From Minisyncoccota bacterium (GTDB lineage: Bacteria; Patescibacteriota; Minisyncoccia; Phycocordibacterales; Zambryskibacteraceae): 42,951 nt of DNA. A model generated the notes under the pieces. The model was not told the origin of the DNA and did no database searches. It saw only the letters and a program-made list of their open reading frames with translations. Each line of letters starts with the position of its first letter. Within the stretch, counting starts at the first letter, position 1. The stretch is taken from positions 1 to 42,951 of the forward strand of contig JANWHY010000011.1 in the NCBI GenBank assembly GCA_025450175.1, given 5' to 3'. Positions 17,542-25,888 of the stretch are shown here, in pieces. Position numbers and translations under genes: made by a program.

Positions 17542-18645
17542 CTATTTTTTCTTCTTATGTCTAATAAAGACTCGCTTGAATGTTTCCTTGCCATTTATGT
17601 ATGACCCGTACCCGTAGACTCCATTCGAGTCTTGGCCAACACCTCGATTTGAACCAAGCAACTCAAATTGATCTGGATTATATTTATCTAGAAAACTGGC
17701 AGGGACCCCCATCACCCCATCATAATCACTAGGAATAGAATCAGTAAATGGGACCTCTATAGCATTATAATTATCATACTTGGTATAAGTTTTTTTGCCC
17801 TTAATCTCTTTGTGTTTGCTGTATTTTAAATTTTCCTCCATCGTCATAAGTGGCAACATTTCGTGACGACGGCCATGATCGAGATTAGTGAACCAACAAC
17901 AATTTCTGAATTTCACTAGACCTGTTTTTGGATCATACACCCCACCAGCATATTCTCTAGTTAAGGGAGTTGAAAAATAGGCATTGCCGGCATTAAAACC
18001 GTTTCCAAGCCACATTTTATTTTCTTTTATCAAAGGAAAAATCTCTTTGTAAATGATGGCATGCAAGTTGCCAATAATCACAAACTTTTTGTTGTAATCA
18101 AAAAGTTGTTTAACATACTCTCGAAACAAACTGAACGGAGGATTTGTTACCACAATATCAGATTGTTTAAGAAGATTTACACATTCATCACTACGGAAAT
18201 CACCCTCGTTTTCTAATGGTGTCCATTCATTGTGTTTGTTTGCCTTTAACTGCTTGGCAACGTCTTTAAGATTAAACTCACCGTCATCATCTACGTCTTT
18301 CACTTCGTTGATAATAAATTTGTTTGCGGTTATCTTAGGACGTCCTTTCGCTTTTGCAAGCGTTTTATCATCACCAAATAATCCTAATTGGGTGTTGGCT
18401 ACTGGTGAAGGCTTGTAGCTGGTGGTAATAAGCTGTTTCAACCCAAGTTTGTTAAAGTTGAGCACAAAATAGCGAAAGAAATTACTTTCGAACGGATCGT
18501 CGCAGTTACAATACACAACTTTGCCACGAAACACATCATGGTCATATTCCAAATATGCCCCGATCTCTTTTTGAATATCGCTGTATTGGGTATAAAACTC
18601 ATCGTTCTTAACCCGTTTTGCATTTGTAAGATTACTGTTTGCCAT
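17542..18645 (-). CDS. Adenine-specific DNA methyltransferase, EcoRI family
   Basis: [43 protein letters not shown]. Confidence 0.9.
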   Translation of the reverse strand: MANSNLTNAKRVKNDEFYTQYSDIQKEIGAYLEYDHDVFRGKVVYCNCDDPFESNFFRYFVLNFNKLGLKQLITTSYKPSPVANTQLGLFGDDKTLAKAKGRPKITANKFIINEVKDVDDDGEFNLKDVAKQLKANKHNEWTPLENEGDFRSDECVNLLKQSDIVVTNPPFSLFREYVKQLFDYNKKFVIIGNLHAIIYKEIFPLIKENKMWLGNGFNAGNAYFSTPLTREYAGGVYDPKTGLVKFRNCCWFTNLDHGRRHEMLPLMTMEENLKYSKHKEIKGKKTYTKYDNYNAIEVPFTDSIPSDYDGVMGVPASFLDKYNPDQFELLGSNRGVGQDSNGVYGYGSYINGKETFKRVFIRHKKKK

Positions 18646-18723
18646 AAAGTAATACCACGAACTCTATCATTTTTAGCTTATTTTAACAGTTTTTTATGGC
18701 TCAAACATTAGGCAATCAATAGC

Positions 18724-18752
18724 TTGACAAGTCAAGTATAGTATGATAGGAT
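18724..18752 (+). promoter_or_regulatory. Sigma-70-type promoter TTGACA-N17-TAGGAT
   Basis: Shares gcttgacaagtcaa and tatg.taggata with the promoter at 15475. Confidence 0.7.
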
Positions 18753-18854
18753 ATATAAAGAATCCCTACTCGTTATGGGTAGGTGGCTCGCAAGGGCAAC
18801 GGGGTCAGATTTCCTACCTTGACCAAAGGAAGTGTTCATTACAGTGAGGTCGTT

Positions 18855-19196
18855 ATGGCCAAGATCCTGATCAAGAATGGTCCGCCCGAATTCGACATGA
18901 TTCACGCCTACTTCAGGCAGAGAGGAATGGAAGGTCGTGCGTCCGAGGTCGAGATGACCTTCGGTGAAGAAGGTGATGGCGTGACCAACGTCTGCTACGT
19001 CCGCCTGGACGTCATGATCCCTTGGACCGATTCCACCAAGACGTGGAAGTTCAGGGCGACTGTCGAGACGAAGGAGAGTCGGATCGCTGGTGGCTGTCGG
19101 TGGAAGGCCTTCATTGGCACTTACAGCCTCCAGACAAGAACTGGAGAAGGAGTGTTCGTTGATGGACTTGGTCCATTGAAGGACATCAATCTCTAG
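18855..19196 (+). CDS. Hypothetical protein (113 aa)
   Basis: GAGGT SD before the ATG at 18855, GC3-rich codons, hairpin at 19212-19236 downstream. Confidence 0.65.
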   Translation: MAKILIKNGPPEFDMIHAYFRQRGMEGRASEVEMTFGEEGDGVTNVCYVRLDVMIPWTDSTKTWKFRATVETKESRIAGGCRWKAFIGTYSLQTRTGEGVFVDGLGPLKDINL

Positions 19197-19211
19197 CTCG
19201 TCAGAGTTCAC

Positions 19212-19236
19212 ACGGGGAGACTCAAAATCTCCCCGT
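19212..19236 (+). terminator. Hairpin or terminator
   Basis: acggggaga-ctcaaaa-tctccccgt with a weak T tail. Confidence 0.55.
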
Positions 19237-19309
19237 TCCATCAAAGCAATTAAATCTTTTGATTTCTTTGGTGGGACCATTTCGGTCAATGTTCTTTGAG
19301 GAGGTGGTT

Positions 19310-19609
19310 ATGGCGAGCAGCCAAAAACGCTTAGACCAGATCAACGAGGAAAAGCTGTGGCAAACTGCCCACTATTCAGAAGGTGATCGAGTTTGTGTGG
19401 ACTACCACAAGAGCGAAGTGACTGGCACTGTAGTGCAAGCTCGTAAAAATATCTACGGCCGCTATAACTACAAGGTAAAGTTCGATAAGCCCGTTATTTT
19501 TTACAAGCGGGCCGGTCGTAGCCGAACCGATAGAAAGAGAATCACTATGGAGTCTGATGAGATCCTTCTCGAATTTCTTCATCGCATCAGTGATCCCGAT
19601 ACAGTCTGA
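19310..19609 (+). CDS. Hypothetical protein (99 aa), possibly an SH3/KOW-like beta barrel
   Basis: GGAGGT SD; GDRVCV...TGTVV...YKVKFD pattern. Confidence 0.65.
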   Translation: MASSQKRLDQINEEKLWQTAHYSEGDRVCVDYHKSEVTGTVVQARKNIYGRYNYKVKFDKPVIFYKRAGRSRTDRKRITMESDEILLEFLHRISDPDTV

Positions 19610-19614
19610 GCCCG

Positions 19615-19665
19615 TGAAAGACCCGCGATAACATCGCTAGTCTCTCGCGGGCTCTTTCATTTTAT
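19615..19665 (+). terminator. Intrinsic terminator
   Basis: tgaaag-a-cccgcga...tcgcggg-ct-ctttca followed by tttt. Confidence 0.6.
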
Positions 19666-19696
19666 TATTCACAAAAATTTTTGATACAATTTATAT

Positions 19697-20116
19697 ATGA
19701 CAAAAATCACTGTTCAAACAGAAGTCTATGCTCCCGTAGAAAAAGTTTGGGAACTTTTTAATGCTCCAGAACATATTGTAAAGTGGGGCTCGACTTCAGA
19801 TGACTGGCACACAGTCCGAGCAGACAATGATCTTCGAGTGGGAGGAGAATACAGCTACCGCATGGAGGCTCGAGATGGCAGTGCCGGCTTCGACCTTACA
19901 GCCACTTACACTGAGGTAGTCTCACAAGAATTTATTGCCTACACTATGGTGGACGGGAGAAAGGTAGAAATAGCTTTCCGAAACGACGAGGGTAAGACCC
20001 ACATCACCCAAACTTTCGACGCTGAGAATGAGAATACGATAGATAAGCAGCGAGGAGGCTGGCAAGCTATCTTGGATAATTTCAAAAGTTACGTAGAGAC
20101 TTTAGAGAAGAAGTAG
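19697..20116 (+). CDS. SRPBCC/AHSA1 family protein
   Basis: APVEKVWE, DLRVGG.YSYRMEARDGSAGFD, QRGGWQAILDNFK. Confidence 0.88.
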   Translation: MTKITVQTEVYAPVEKVWELFNAPEHIVKWGSTSDDWHTVRADNDLRVGGEYSYRMEARDGSAGFDLTATYTEVVSQEFIAYTMVDGRKVEIAFRNDEGKTHITQTFDAENENTIDKQRGGWQAILDNFKSYVETLEKK

Positions 20117-20753
20117 CATCGAGAATCTCGACCACAGAATCCCTTAGCTTGTTTACCCTCTCCTTCTTTTCCTTCTTACTCTTACCGCTATTCTCACTCC
20201 CCTTCTCTTCCCTACTATCTTCCTTATCTTTCTTCCCTTCTACAATCCGCGCCCTCAACTCTTTCTTAAGTGAGGTAGAAGAAGCCACTTTTTCTGTAGC
20301 GATATTAAATGACTGTGAGCTCTTCTTGATACTTTCTTCGAGCTTCTTAAACTTCTTGTCATCAAGCTTATCCTTCTCCACCAGCTTCTCGGCCTCAGCT
20401 ATCCGGCGATCAATCTTGGCTTCTTCCCACACAATCTTTTCCTCCGAGCTTCTATGACTTGCTCCCACAAAGGGCTCCACAATCTTGGTCTTTATGGGAT
20501 ATAGGATATCTCCAGGCAAAGAATTACCAGAGACTTGGAGTACTCCCACCGACATGACGAGTACTAGACACGCAACAAGTCCAAAAGTTCGGATAGGAAA
20601 TACATACGGAGACTTTATCGGCGCACTAAAAATCTTCTGGAGCATCTTCTCCTTCTCAGATTGGGAAAGTCTTATACTATTCCACCCCGAACGAATCTTT
20701 TCAAGATCGTACGGGGCAGGACTCTTTATTCCTTTGTTAAATTCTTCATTCAT
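20082..20753 (-). CDS. Membrane protein with a DUF5667-like domain; putative anti-sigma factor
   Basis: One TM then SLPGDILYPIK; ATGA overlap with the ECF sigma gene. Confidence 0.7.
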   Translation of the reverse strand: MNEEFNKGIKSPAPYDLEKIRSGWNSIRLSQSEKEKMLQKIFSAPIKSPYVFPIRTFGLVACLVLVMSVGVLQVSGNSLPGDILYPIKTKIVEPFVGASHRSSEEKIVWEEAKIDRRIAEAEKLVEKDKLDDKKFKKLEESIKKSSQSFNIATEKVASSTSLKKELRARIVEGKKDKEDSREEKGSENSGKSKKEKKERVNKLRDSVVEILDATSSLKSLRNF

Positions 20754-21256
20754 TCTTTGATATGTAACTTTTTCTTAAGATCTTTTAGTCCTCGAGTTAT
20801 GCGTATAGAGACCACATTAGGATTGACCCCAAGTAACTCGGCAATCTCCTGCGGTTTAAGATCTTCTACAAACCGCAGATATACAACCTCCCGAGATTCT
20901 TCCGGTAAACTCTTTAGAACTTCGAGTACTCGACTGACCTCTGCCTCCATCTCTATAGCCTCGTAAGCCCTCTCGTCTTCTATATCTGGAGCGCTCTCTT
21001 CTTCGAAGCTCGTATCGAGAGAGAGGGTCTTCTTCTTCCTATACCAATCGATGATGAGATTGCGAGCTGTTCTATATAGGAAGCCTTTTCTATTACTCAC
21101 CTCCTCGCCACTAGCCAACTTCTGCCACAGACGAGCGAAGGATTCTTGTACCAGATCTATAGCCCTCTCCCTGTCAGATACTCTAAAGAGCGAGAAGCGG
21201 AAGAGCTTATCCGCCTCCTCCTCATAAATTTGCTCGAATTGTTCTCTCCTACTCAT
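20750..21256 (-). CDS. ECF-type RNA polymerase sigma factor
   Basis: Region 2 (DLVQESFARLW, FLYRTARNLIIDWYRK) and region 4 (LRFVEDL..QEIAELLG...VSIRITRG); 168 aa. Confidence 0.92.
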   Translation of the reverse strand: MSRREQFEQIYEEEADKLFRFSLFRVSDRERAIDLVQESFARLWQKLASGEEVSNRKGFLYRTARNLIIDWYRKKKTLSLDTSFEEESAPDIEDERAYEAIEMEAEVSRVLEVLKSLPEESREVVYLRFVEDLKPQEIAELLGVNPNVVSIRITRGLKDLKKKLHIKE

Positions 21257-21319
21257 GACGGTGGGGCCTCTCTATCCTTTCATAATTTGGAGTTGAAAGG
21301 AATTCGTACGTAGAACGTC
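21257..21319. promoter_or_regulatory. Two divergent ECF-type promoter motifs, TGAAAG-N16-CGTC
   Basis: Plus strand: 21294-21299 and 21316-21319. Minus strand: 21282-21277 and 21260-21257. Both spacers are 16 nt. Confidence 0.6.
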
Positions 21320-21367
21320 TACTATATTGGCGCCTCGGCGCAAGAATAATACCTATTACTTAACCAT

Positions 21368-22285
21368 ATGACTATCCACATTATTAAAAGGTTTGCCTTA
21401 CCCCTTATCCTCGCCGTCCTAATCTTAGGCGTGGGTACCTTAGCCTATGCTAAGGAGAACGGTAATCAAGATAAGAGCGATAAGAAAGTGCAGGTTGAGA
21501 AGAACAAAGCAGAAAGAAAGCAAGATAAGAAAGAGATCAAGCTCTGCTTCCGAGCTTTCGGACACCTTATAGCTCCCGGCTTTATAAAGCATCATGGAGA
21601 AGTAGACGTAGACCTTAGTAACTGCTTCATCCCCTTCGGCATCGCTAAGAAGTTCCGTGGTGTAGCCTCTTCTACTACGCAAGATCTTATAGCTCCGACT
21701 ATTACCGATGTTAAGATCGTGACCACTACCAACAAGGCAACTATCACCTGGCATACGAGCGAACGCGCAGACACTACCCTATTCTGGAACACTTCCGCCG
21801 GCGTCAATGTAAGTAGCACTTCAACTCCGAAGATCGCTAACGCTACAGAGACCAAGGATCACAAAGTAGTTATCCCTAACCTTACCGCCAGCACCACTTA
21901 CTACTTCGTATTAAGATCCAAAGACCATTCAGGCAACGCTACCACCTCAAGCGAAATGAGCTTCACTACTAAAGGAGCACCAGTAGACACTGCGGCTCCT
22001 ACCATCTCAAGCATAGTGATCCTGACTAGCTCCTCTACCGCCACAGTAGGTTGGCATACAAGCGAGAACGCTACTTCCAAGGTTTACTTCGGCACTCTAG
22101 ACGCTCTCAATGTAAACGCTACAACCACAAGCTTCGTAGAGACTAATGCTCTTACCGAGAACCACTCTCTGCAAGTCACCAGCCTGGCCTCTTCTACTCC
22201 CTACTTCTTCGCGGTCGAATCTAAAGACGCAACAGGCAACAGAACAGTCAGTCCCATCTTCACCGCTACGACCTTAGGATTGTAA
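21368..22285 (+). CDS. Secreted Thr/Ser-rich protein with two fibronectin-III (purple-acid-phosphatase-N-like) repeats
   Basis: Signal peptide, GHLIAPG motif, and two repeats of D..APTI...AT(I/V).WHTSE...H...L..ST.Y(Y/F)F...SKD..GN. Confidence 0.8.
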   Translation: MTIHIIKRFALPLILAVLILGVGTLAYAKENGNQDKSDKKVQVEKNKAERKQDKKEIKLCFRAFGHLIAPGFIKHHGEVDVDLSNCFIPFGIAKKFRGVASSTTQDLIAPTITDVKIVTTTNKATITWHTSERADTTLFWNTSAGVNVSSTSTPKIANATETKDHKVVIPNLTASTTYYFVLRSKDHSGNATTSSEMSFTTKGAPVDTAAPTISSIVILTSSSTATVGWHTSENATSKVYFGTLDALNVNATTTSFVETNALTENHSLQVTSLASSTPYFFAVESKDATGNRTVSPIFTATTLGL

Positions 22286-22303
22286 TAGCTCCAGCATTCA
22301 ATA

Positions 22304-22335
22304 AAACAAAAAGAGCCTTGCGGCTCTTTTTGTTT
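22304..22335. terminator. Bidirectional terminator
   Basis: aaacaaaaagagcc-ttgc-ggctctttttgttt between convergent genes. Confidence 0.85.
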
Positions 22336-22336
22336 G

Positions 22337-22915
22337 CTATTTAGCCTGTTTCCCCATATTAAAAACTTTCTTCTTGATCCGTTCGCGGCGGCCAGTGGTG
22401 TTGAAGTGTTTGAGGTAGCCAAACTTCTTGACACGAATAGGGCCGAAGCCGGCAAACCAGAGAGCACCATTGCGTAACTCATTGGTCGTATCGCCGAAGA
22501 TTATGCGCTGAGCAAGTGGGATAGTGTCTGAGGTGACTATCATTCGCGCGCTTCTGCCCTTGAGTAACTTAATCCAGGTAAATTCGCCCGTAAACTTATA
22601 AGCAAAGCCCGGAATCCAGGCTCGATCGATGAGACCCTTGAGAAGAGCTGGCATAGTCGACCACCATGATGGATAGAAGATTACAAAGTGGTCACACCAC
22701 CTCACATTCTCTTGGAAGGATAATAGATCGGGCTCGAGCTCTTGGATCGTGCGGTAGCCATGGTGGAGGATGGGGTCAAACTTCATTTCACCCAGATTCA
22801 TCCGGCGGACTTCATGACCTCCAGTCTCCGCGCCCCTCTCATACTCACTCGCCAATGTGAAGTTGAAACTGTCGTTATCTGGGTGACCGAGAAGTATGAA
22901 AATTTTCTTCGACAT
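22337..22915 (-). CDS. NAD(P)H-dependent oxidoreductase, flavodoxin-2 family
   Basis: LGHPDNDSFN, LEPDL, YPSWWSTMPALLKGLIDR...PGFAY. Confidence 0.88.
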   Translation of the reverse strand: MSKKIFILLGHPDNDSFNFTLASEYERGAETGGHEVRRMNLGEMKFDPILHHGYRTIQELEPDLLSFQENVRWCDHFVIFYPSWWSTMPALLKGLIDRAWIPGFAYKFTGEFTWIKLLKGRSARMIVTSDTIPLAQRIIFGDTTNELRNGALWFAGFGPIRVKKFGYLKHFNTTGRRERIKKKVFNMGKQAK

Positions 22916-22916
22916 A

Positions 22917-23147
22917 TTAGCGCCCCATTAGCTTCTGTAACTCCGCTTGGTTCTCTCTCATCACTACCATAGTGGCGGCCATCTCACTCTCACCATTCTT
23001 CATCCTGCGTTTGACCTCATCACCAATCTTTTTGAAAAATTCTGGATTCTTCTCTACTAGCGTAAGCATCATATCGCGCTCGGCCTCGGGCACGTCCTTC
23101 ATCTTCATCTTCAAGGCCTGCTTGAGTAAAAAGTTTTTGAATCCCAT
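22917..23147 (-). CDS. Small helical conserved hypothetical protein
   Basis: 76 aa with VEKNPEFFKKI; packed tightly against its neighbours. Confidence 0.7.
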   Translation of the reverse strand: MGFKNFLLKQALKMKMKDVPEAERDMMLTLVEKNPEFFKKIGDEVKRRMKNGESEMAATMVVMRENQAELQKLMGR

Positions 23148-23168
23148 GATCGCGCTATTTTAACATTT

Positions 23169-24074
23169 TTATTCTGCCCCACAAAGAGCCTTGAGAGCAT
23201 CTATATCTGCCATAGCAAGAACTCCAGCCTCACTCTCATTGAGGTAATACATTATAGAGTCTGGGTCGCTTGTATGCTCAAGACCAAGCGCGTGCCCAAG
23301 CTCATGTGCGAGTACGCGCACAAGCTTGGCGCGGTTCTTGAACTCATAAATATCTATACCGTACTCAGTCGGATTCTGGTAGAAGAGACCCCCGGTGAAG
23401 GATTCTCCACGACTTGCCCCAATAGTGTTGTAGGTCTCTACGTTGAGGTTAAGGGCTTTTGCCAAGTGGTTAAGCGACTCTACTAGAGAGTTCAGCGCAT
23501 GAACTCTTAGATTGAGCTTGGCCTCCAGAACTTCTAGTTCAGCGGTCTGTCTCTCAAGAGTGGTGCGCTCATCCTCGAGAGCTTGCCACTCTTTCTTAGA
23601 AGTACGTGAAGACTTGTTCCAAGCTTCGACCTTACCTTGGTAAGCACTATTAGCAAGATTAAAAGCTGTAACCTTGTTATCGTAATCTCTCTTGGCTTCT
23701 TCGTAAGAGGTCTTCTCCGCTAAATAGTTGGCACGAAACTTCTTATAAGTACTCTCGTCCTGTGCTAACTCACTACCCAGGTTCTCAAGAGTCTTGGTAG
23801 TCTCTTGGCGATAATCATAAATAAGATTAATAGGTAATTTCCCCGCTACCGCATCGTAAGTGAAAAGTTCTTTGCCAAGAGCCTTCTCCCATAGACCTTC
23901 CGCCTCGCGAAGAGATAGTAAGAAATCAGGTTGAGAGATCTTAAACCTCTCGTCGAACTTGTTAATGTTATAAGTGATAGGCTCCTCACAAGGCCTCTTG
24001 GCGAAGATGACTTCGTGATACTTCCAGCCTATACCTCCTAGAATTAAAATTATGAGGAAAAGAACCTTCGTCAT
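23169..24074 (-). CDS. Matrixin (M10)-like zinc metalloprotease with a coiled-coil insert
   Basis: HELGHALGLEH, Met-turn SIMY, N-terminal TM. Confidence 0.88.
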   Translation of the reverse strand: MTKVLFLIILILGGIGWKYHEVIFAKRPCEEPITYNINKFDERFKISQPDFLLSLREAEGLWEKALGKELFTYDAVAGKLPINLIYDYRQETTKTLENLGSELAQDESTYKKFRANYLAEKTSYEEAKRDYDNKVTAFNLANSAYQGKVEAWNKSSRTSKKEWQALEDERTTLERQTAELEVLEAKLNLRVHALNSLVESLNHLAKALNLNVETYNTIGASRGESFTGGLFYQNPTEYGIDIYEFKNRAKLVRVLAHELGHALGLEHTSDPDSIMYYLNESEAGVLAMADIDALKALCGAE

Positions 24075-24089
24075 TTTTTGCCCATTTGC

Positions 24090-24575
24090 TTAGTCTCCGA
24101 AGGTAATAGGGATCTCTAGCGCGTCGTCGTGTTCGGCGAGACCTGAGGGATTATCCTTACGGAAGATGATAGTGCCGCGCTTCCCAAGCTCTCCTTGGAT
24201 AGCAGGTTCAGTAAACTCGATGGTGCCTATGAAGGGTACGAACTCTTCGGTCATCCAGTCTCCTTGTGCCTCAGCGTGACCTTGGCCGATGATAAGTCCA
24301 TCCCAGTTCACTATATCTATAGGGAAGCTAGCTTCGAAGTACCAAGTCCCGCGAGCTTTGCCACGCACGACTATGGGAGAAGTGATGTTTCCAAGGGGCA
24401 CCGGGGAGTCGACTACTATCAGATTGGCCTTGGATTGGATGTGTGCGAGAACGTCGGCCGGGACTTCTGTCGTAGACGGTAGATCGTCGGTAGTGGGCAT
24501 ACGGTTCTTACCCACTACAAAAAGGAATCCAATAAGTACAGCAAGAACCACTAAGATAGAGACAATCTTCCCCAT
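24090..24575 (-). CDS. Membrane-anchored Gmad2-type Ig-like domain protein
   Basis: SPIVVRGKARGTWYFEASFP...WMTEEFVPF...KDNPSG. Confidence 0.75.
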   Translation of the reverse strand: MGKIVSILVVLAVLIGFLFVVGKNRMPTTDDLPSTTEVPADVLAHIQSKANLIVVDSPVPLGNITSPIVVRGKARGTWYFEASFPIDIVNWDGLIIGQGHAEAQGDWMTEEFVPFIGTIEFTEPAIQGELGKRGTIIFRKDNPSGLAEHDDALEIPITFGD

Positions 24576-24591
24576 TAGCTGGTCTAATTAA

Positions 24592-24750
24592 CTAGGCGTT
24601 CTTAGGAAGGATCTTGTACATGCCTGTTCCACAGACGGTACAAGTTCCCTTAGCAGCTGGGCGACCAGGCTTGATCTCAACCCTCTTAACATCCTTCATC
24701 TCCCTCTTTTGCTTACATTTAACACAGTAACCAATGACTTTTTCGTCCAT
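24592..24750 (-). CDS. Small zinc-ribbon protein (DUF5679-like)
   Basis: YCVKCKQKREM...KGTCTVCGTGMYKI. Confidence 0.8.
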   Translation of the reverse strand: MDEKVIGYCVKCKQKREMKDVKRVEIKPGRPAAKGTCTVCGTGMYKILPKNA

Positions 24751-24794
24751 AATTTTATTATTAGTTATCCTATCCAACATACCATATTAATAAG

Positions 24795-24826
24795 AAAAGG
24801 CCACCCCTAGGCGGGGGTGGCCTTTT
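24795..24826. terminator. Intrinsic terminator (bidirectional form)
   Basis: aaaaggccacccc-taggcg-ggggtggcctttt. Confidence 0.85.
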
Positions 24827-24833
24827 AAGGATC

Positions 24834-25223
24834 CTAAGCTCCTTTCGGAACAAGATCCCTGAGCATCTCACGATAATTGATCGGATGAGGATGGTAACTA
24901 GCACCACGAACAAGGCAGAATCGACCCAGCTCGACCTTCTCACCTCTAAAAGTGGTAAAGTCCGAATCCCCCATTAGGGCAAATGGGAGAGATGCCAGGG
25001 GAGGATTCGCCCTGATGATTGCGAGAAGCTCAGGTCCACTGACCCCCGAAAGCTCCACCTCTGCGAAGATATGGTCGTACCTCATATCTCCCTCTAGAAG
25101 TATTAAGGCCCCTTCGGCACCAGGAACAGGAGTTACTCCATAACCCTCCATCATAATAATCTTCGCAACCTCGTCCCGCCTAGCGCCATCACTGTCGACG
25201 AGCATCACTCTCTTCATCTTCAT
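24834..25223 (-). CDS. Degenerate receiver (REC) domain protein
   Basis: VMLVDSD...GY.V...AL..L...YDHIFAEVELSGVSGPELL; the phosphoacceptor position is Glu. Confidence 0.65.
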   Translation of the reverse strand: MKMKRVMLVDSDGARRDEVAKIIMMEGYGVTPVPGAEGALILLEGDMRYDHIFAEVELSGVSGPELLAIIRANPPLASLPFALMGDSDFTTFRGEKVELGRFCLVRGASYHPHPINYREMLRDLVPKGA

Positions 25224-25243
25224 CGATCACCCCTTCTTCCTAT

Positions 25244-25271
25244 ATTATATCACGTAATAGATTTATGTCAA
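25244..25271 (-). promoter_or_regulatory. Consensus sigma-70 promoter TTGACA-N16-TATAAT
   Basis: Reverse complement of attata (25244-25249) and tgtcaa (25266-25271). Confidence 0.75.
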
Positions 25272-25276
25272 ATGTG

Positions 25277-25349
25277 TGGACCCTAGCGGATTCGAACCGC
25301 TGACCTCCTCATTGCAAATGAGGCGCTCTACCAACTAAGCTAAGGGCCC
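25277..25349 (-). tRNA. tRNA-Ala(TGC), CCA not encoded
   Basis: GGGCCCTTAGCTTAGTTGGTAGAGCGCCTCATTTGCAATGAGGAGGTCAGCGGTTCGAATCCGCTAGGGTCCA; G3:U70 pair. Confidence 0.97.
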
Positions 25350-25412
25350 GTAGCCTCAAAAGAATACAACAAAATTATAAACCGTGCTATCTTATTTAAA
25401 CAAAAGTTTTTA

Positions 25413-25486
25413 GGGCCCATGGTATAGCAGTAACACGCGTCCATGGCATGGACGAGTCCGGGGTGCGACTCCCCGTGGGTCCACCA
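25413..25486 (+). tRNA. tRNA-Ala(GGC), CCA encoded, atypical D and T loops
   Basis: GGGCCCA...CGTCC-ATGGCAT-GGACG...GGGG-TGCGACT-CCCC...TGGGTCCACCA; G3:U70 pair. Confidence 0.92.
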
Positions 25487-25509
25487 AATAGGAGTGCTAT
25501 AATAATGTC

Positions 25510-25884
25510 ATGAAAAAAGAAGGATATGTGGATGGATTTGTACTATCTATTCCAAAAAAGAATAAGGCTAAATACCAGAAGCTTGCTCGCGAAGCCATGA
25601 AGGTTTGGATGAGATTCGGAGCTCTCGATTATAAAGAATGTATTATGGATGACCCTAAGCCCCCACTTATAACGTTTACCTTCCATAAAATGACACGGGC
25701 AAAGTCTAATGAAAATGTGTGGTTCTCCTTTATAACTTACAAATCGAAGTCGCACCGAGATATGGTTAATAAGAAGGTAATGACCTACTTCCAGAAGAAA
25801 TATGATAAAAAAGATGAACCAGGAATGCCTTTCGACATGAAGCGCATTGCCTATGCCGGATTTAAAGTAGAGGTAGGAAAATAG
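25510..25884 (+). CDS. DUF1428 (YbaA-like) protein
   Basis: YVDGFVL..P, GALDYKEC, VWFSFI.YKS..HRD, MPFDMKR..Y.GF. Confidence 0.88.
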   Translation: MKKEGYVDGFVLSIPKKNKAKYQKLAREAMKVWMRFGALDYKECIMDDPKPPLITFTFHKMTRAKSNENVWFSFITYKSKSHRDMVNKKVMTYFQKKYDKKDEPGMPFDMKRIAYAGFKVEVGK

Positions 25885-25888
25885 AGTC

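Noticed and set aside
18732-19289. 185-aa minus-strand ORF
   Set aside because: It is antisense to the plus-strand ORF that has a promoter, SD and terminator, and it runs through those signals.
25277-25486. tRNA-anchored prophage or integrative element
   Set aside because: No integrase, phage genes or duplicated tRNA 3' end were seen in the window.
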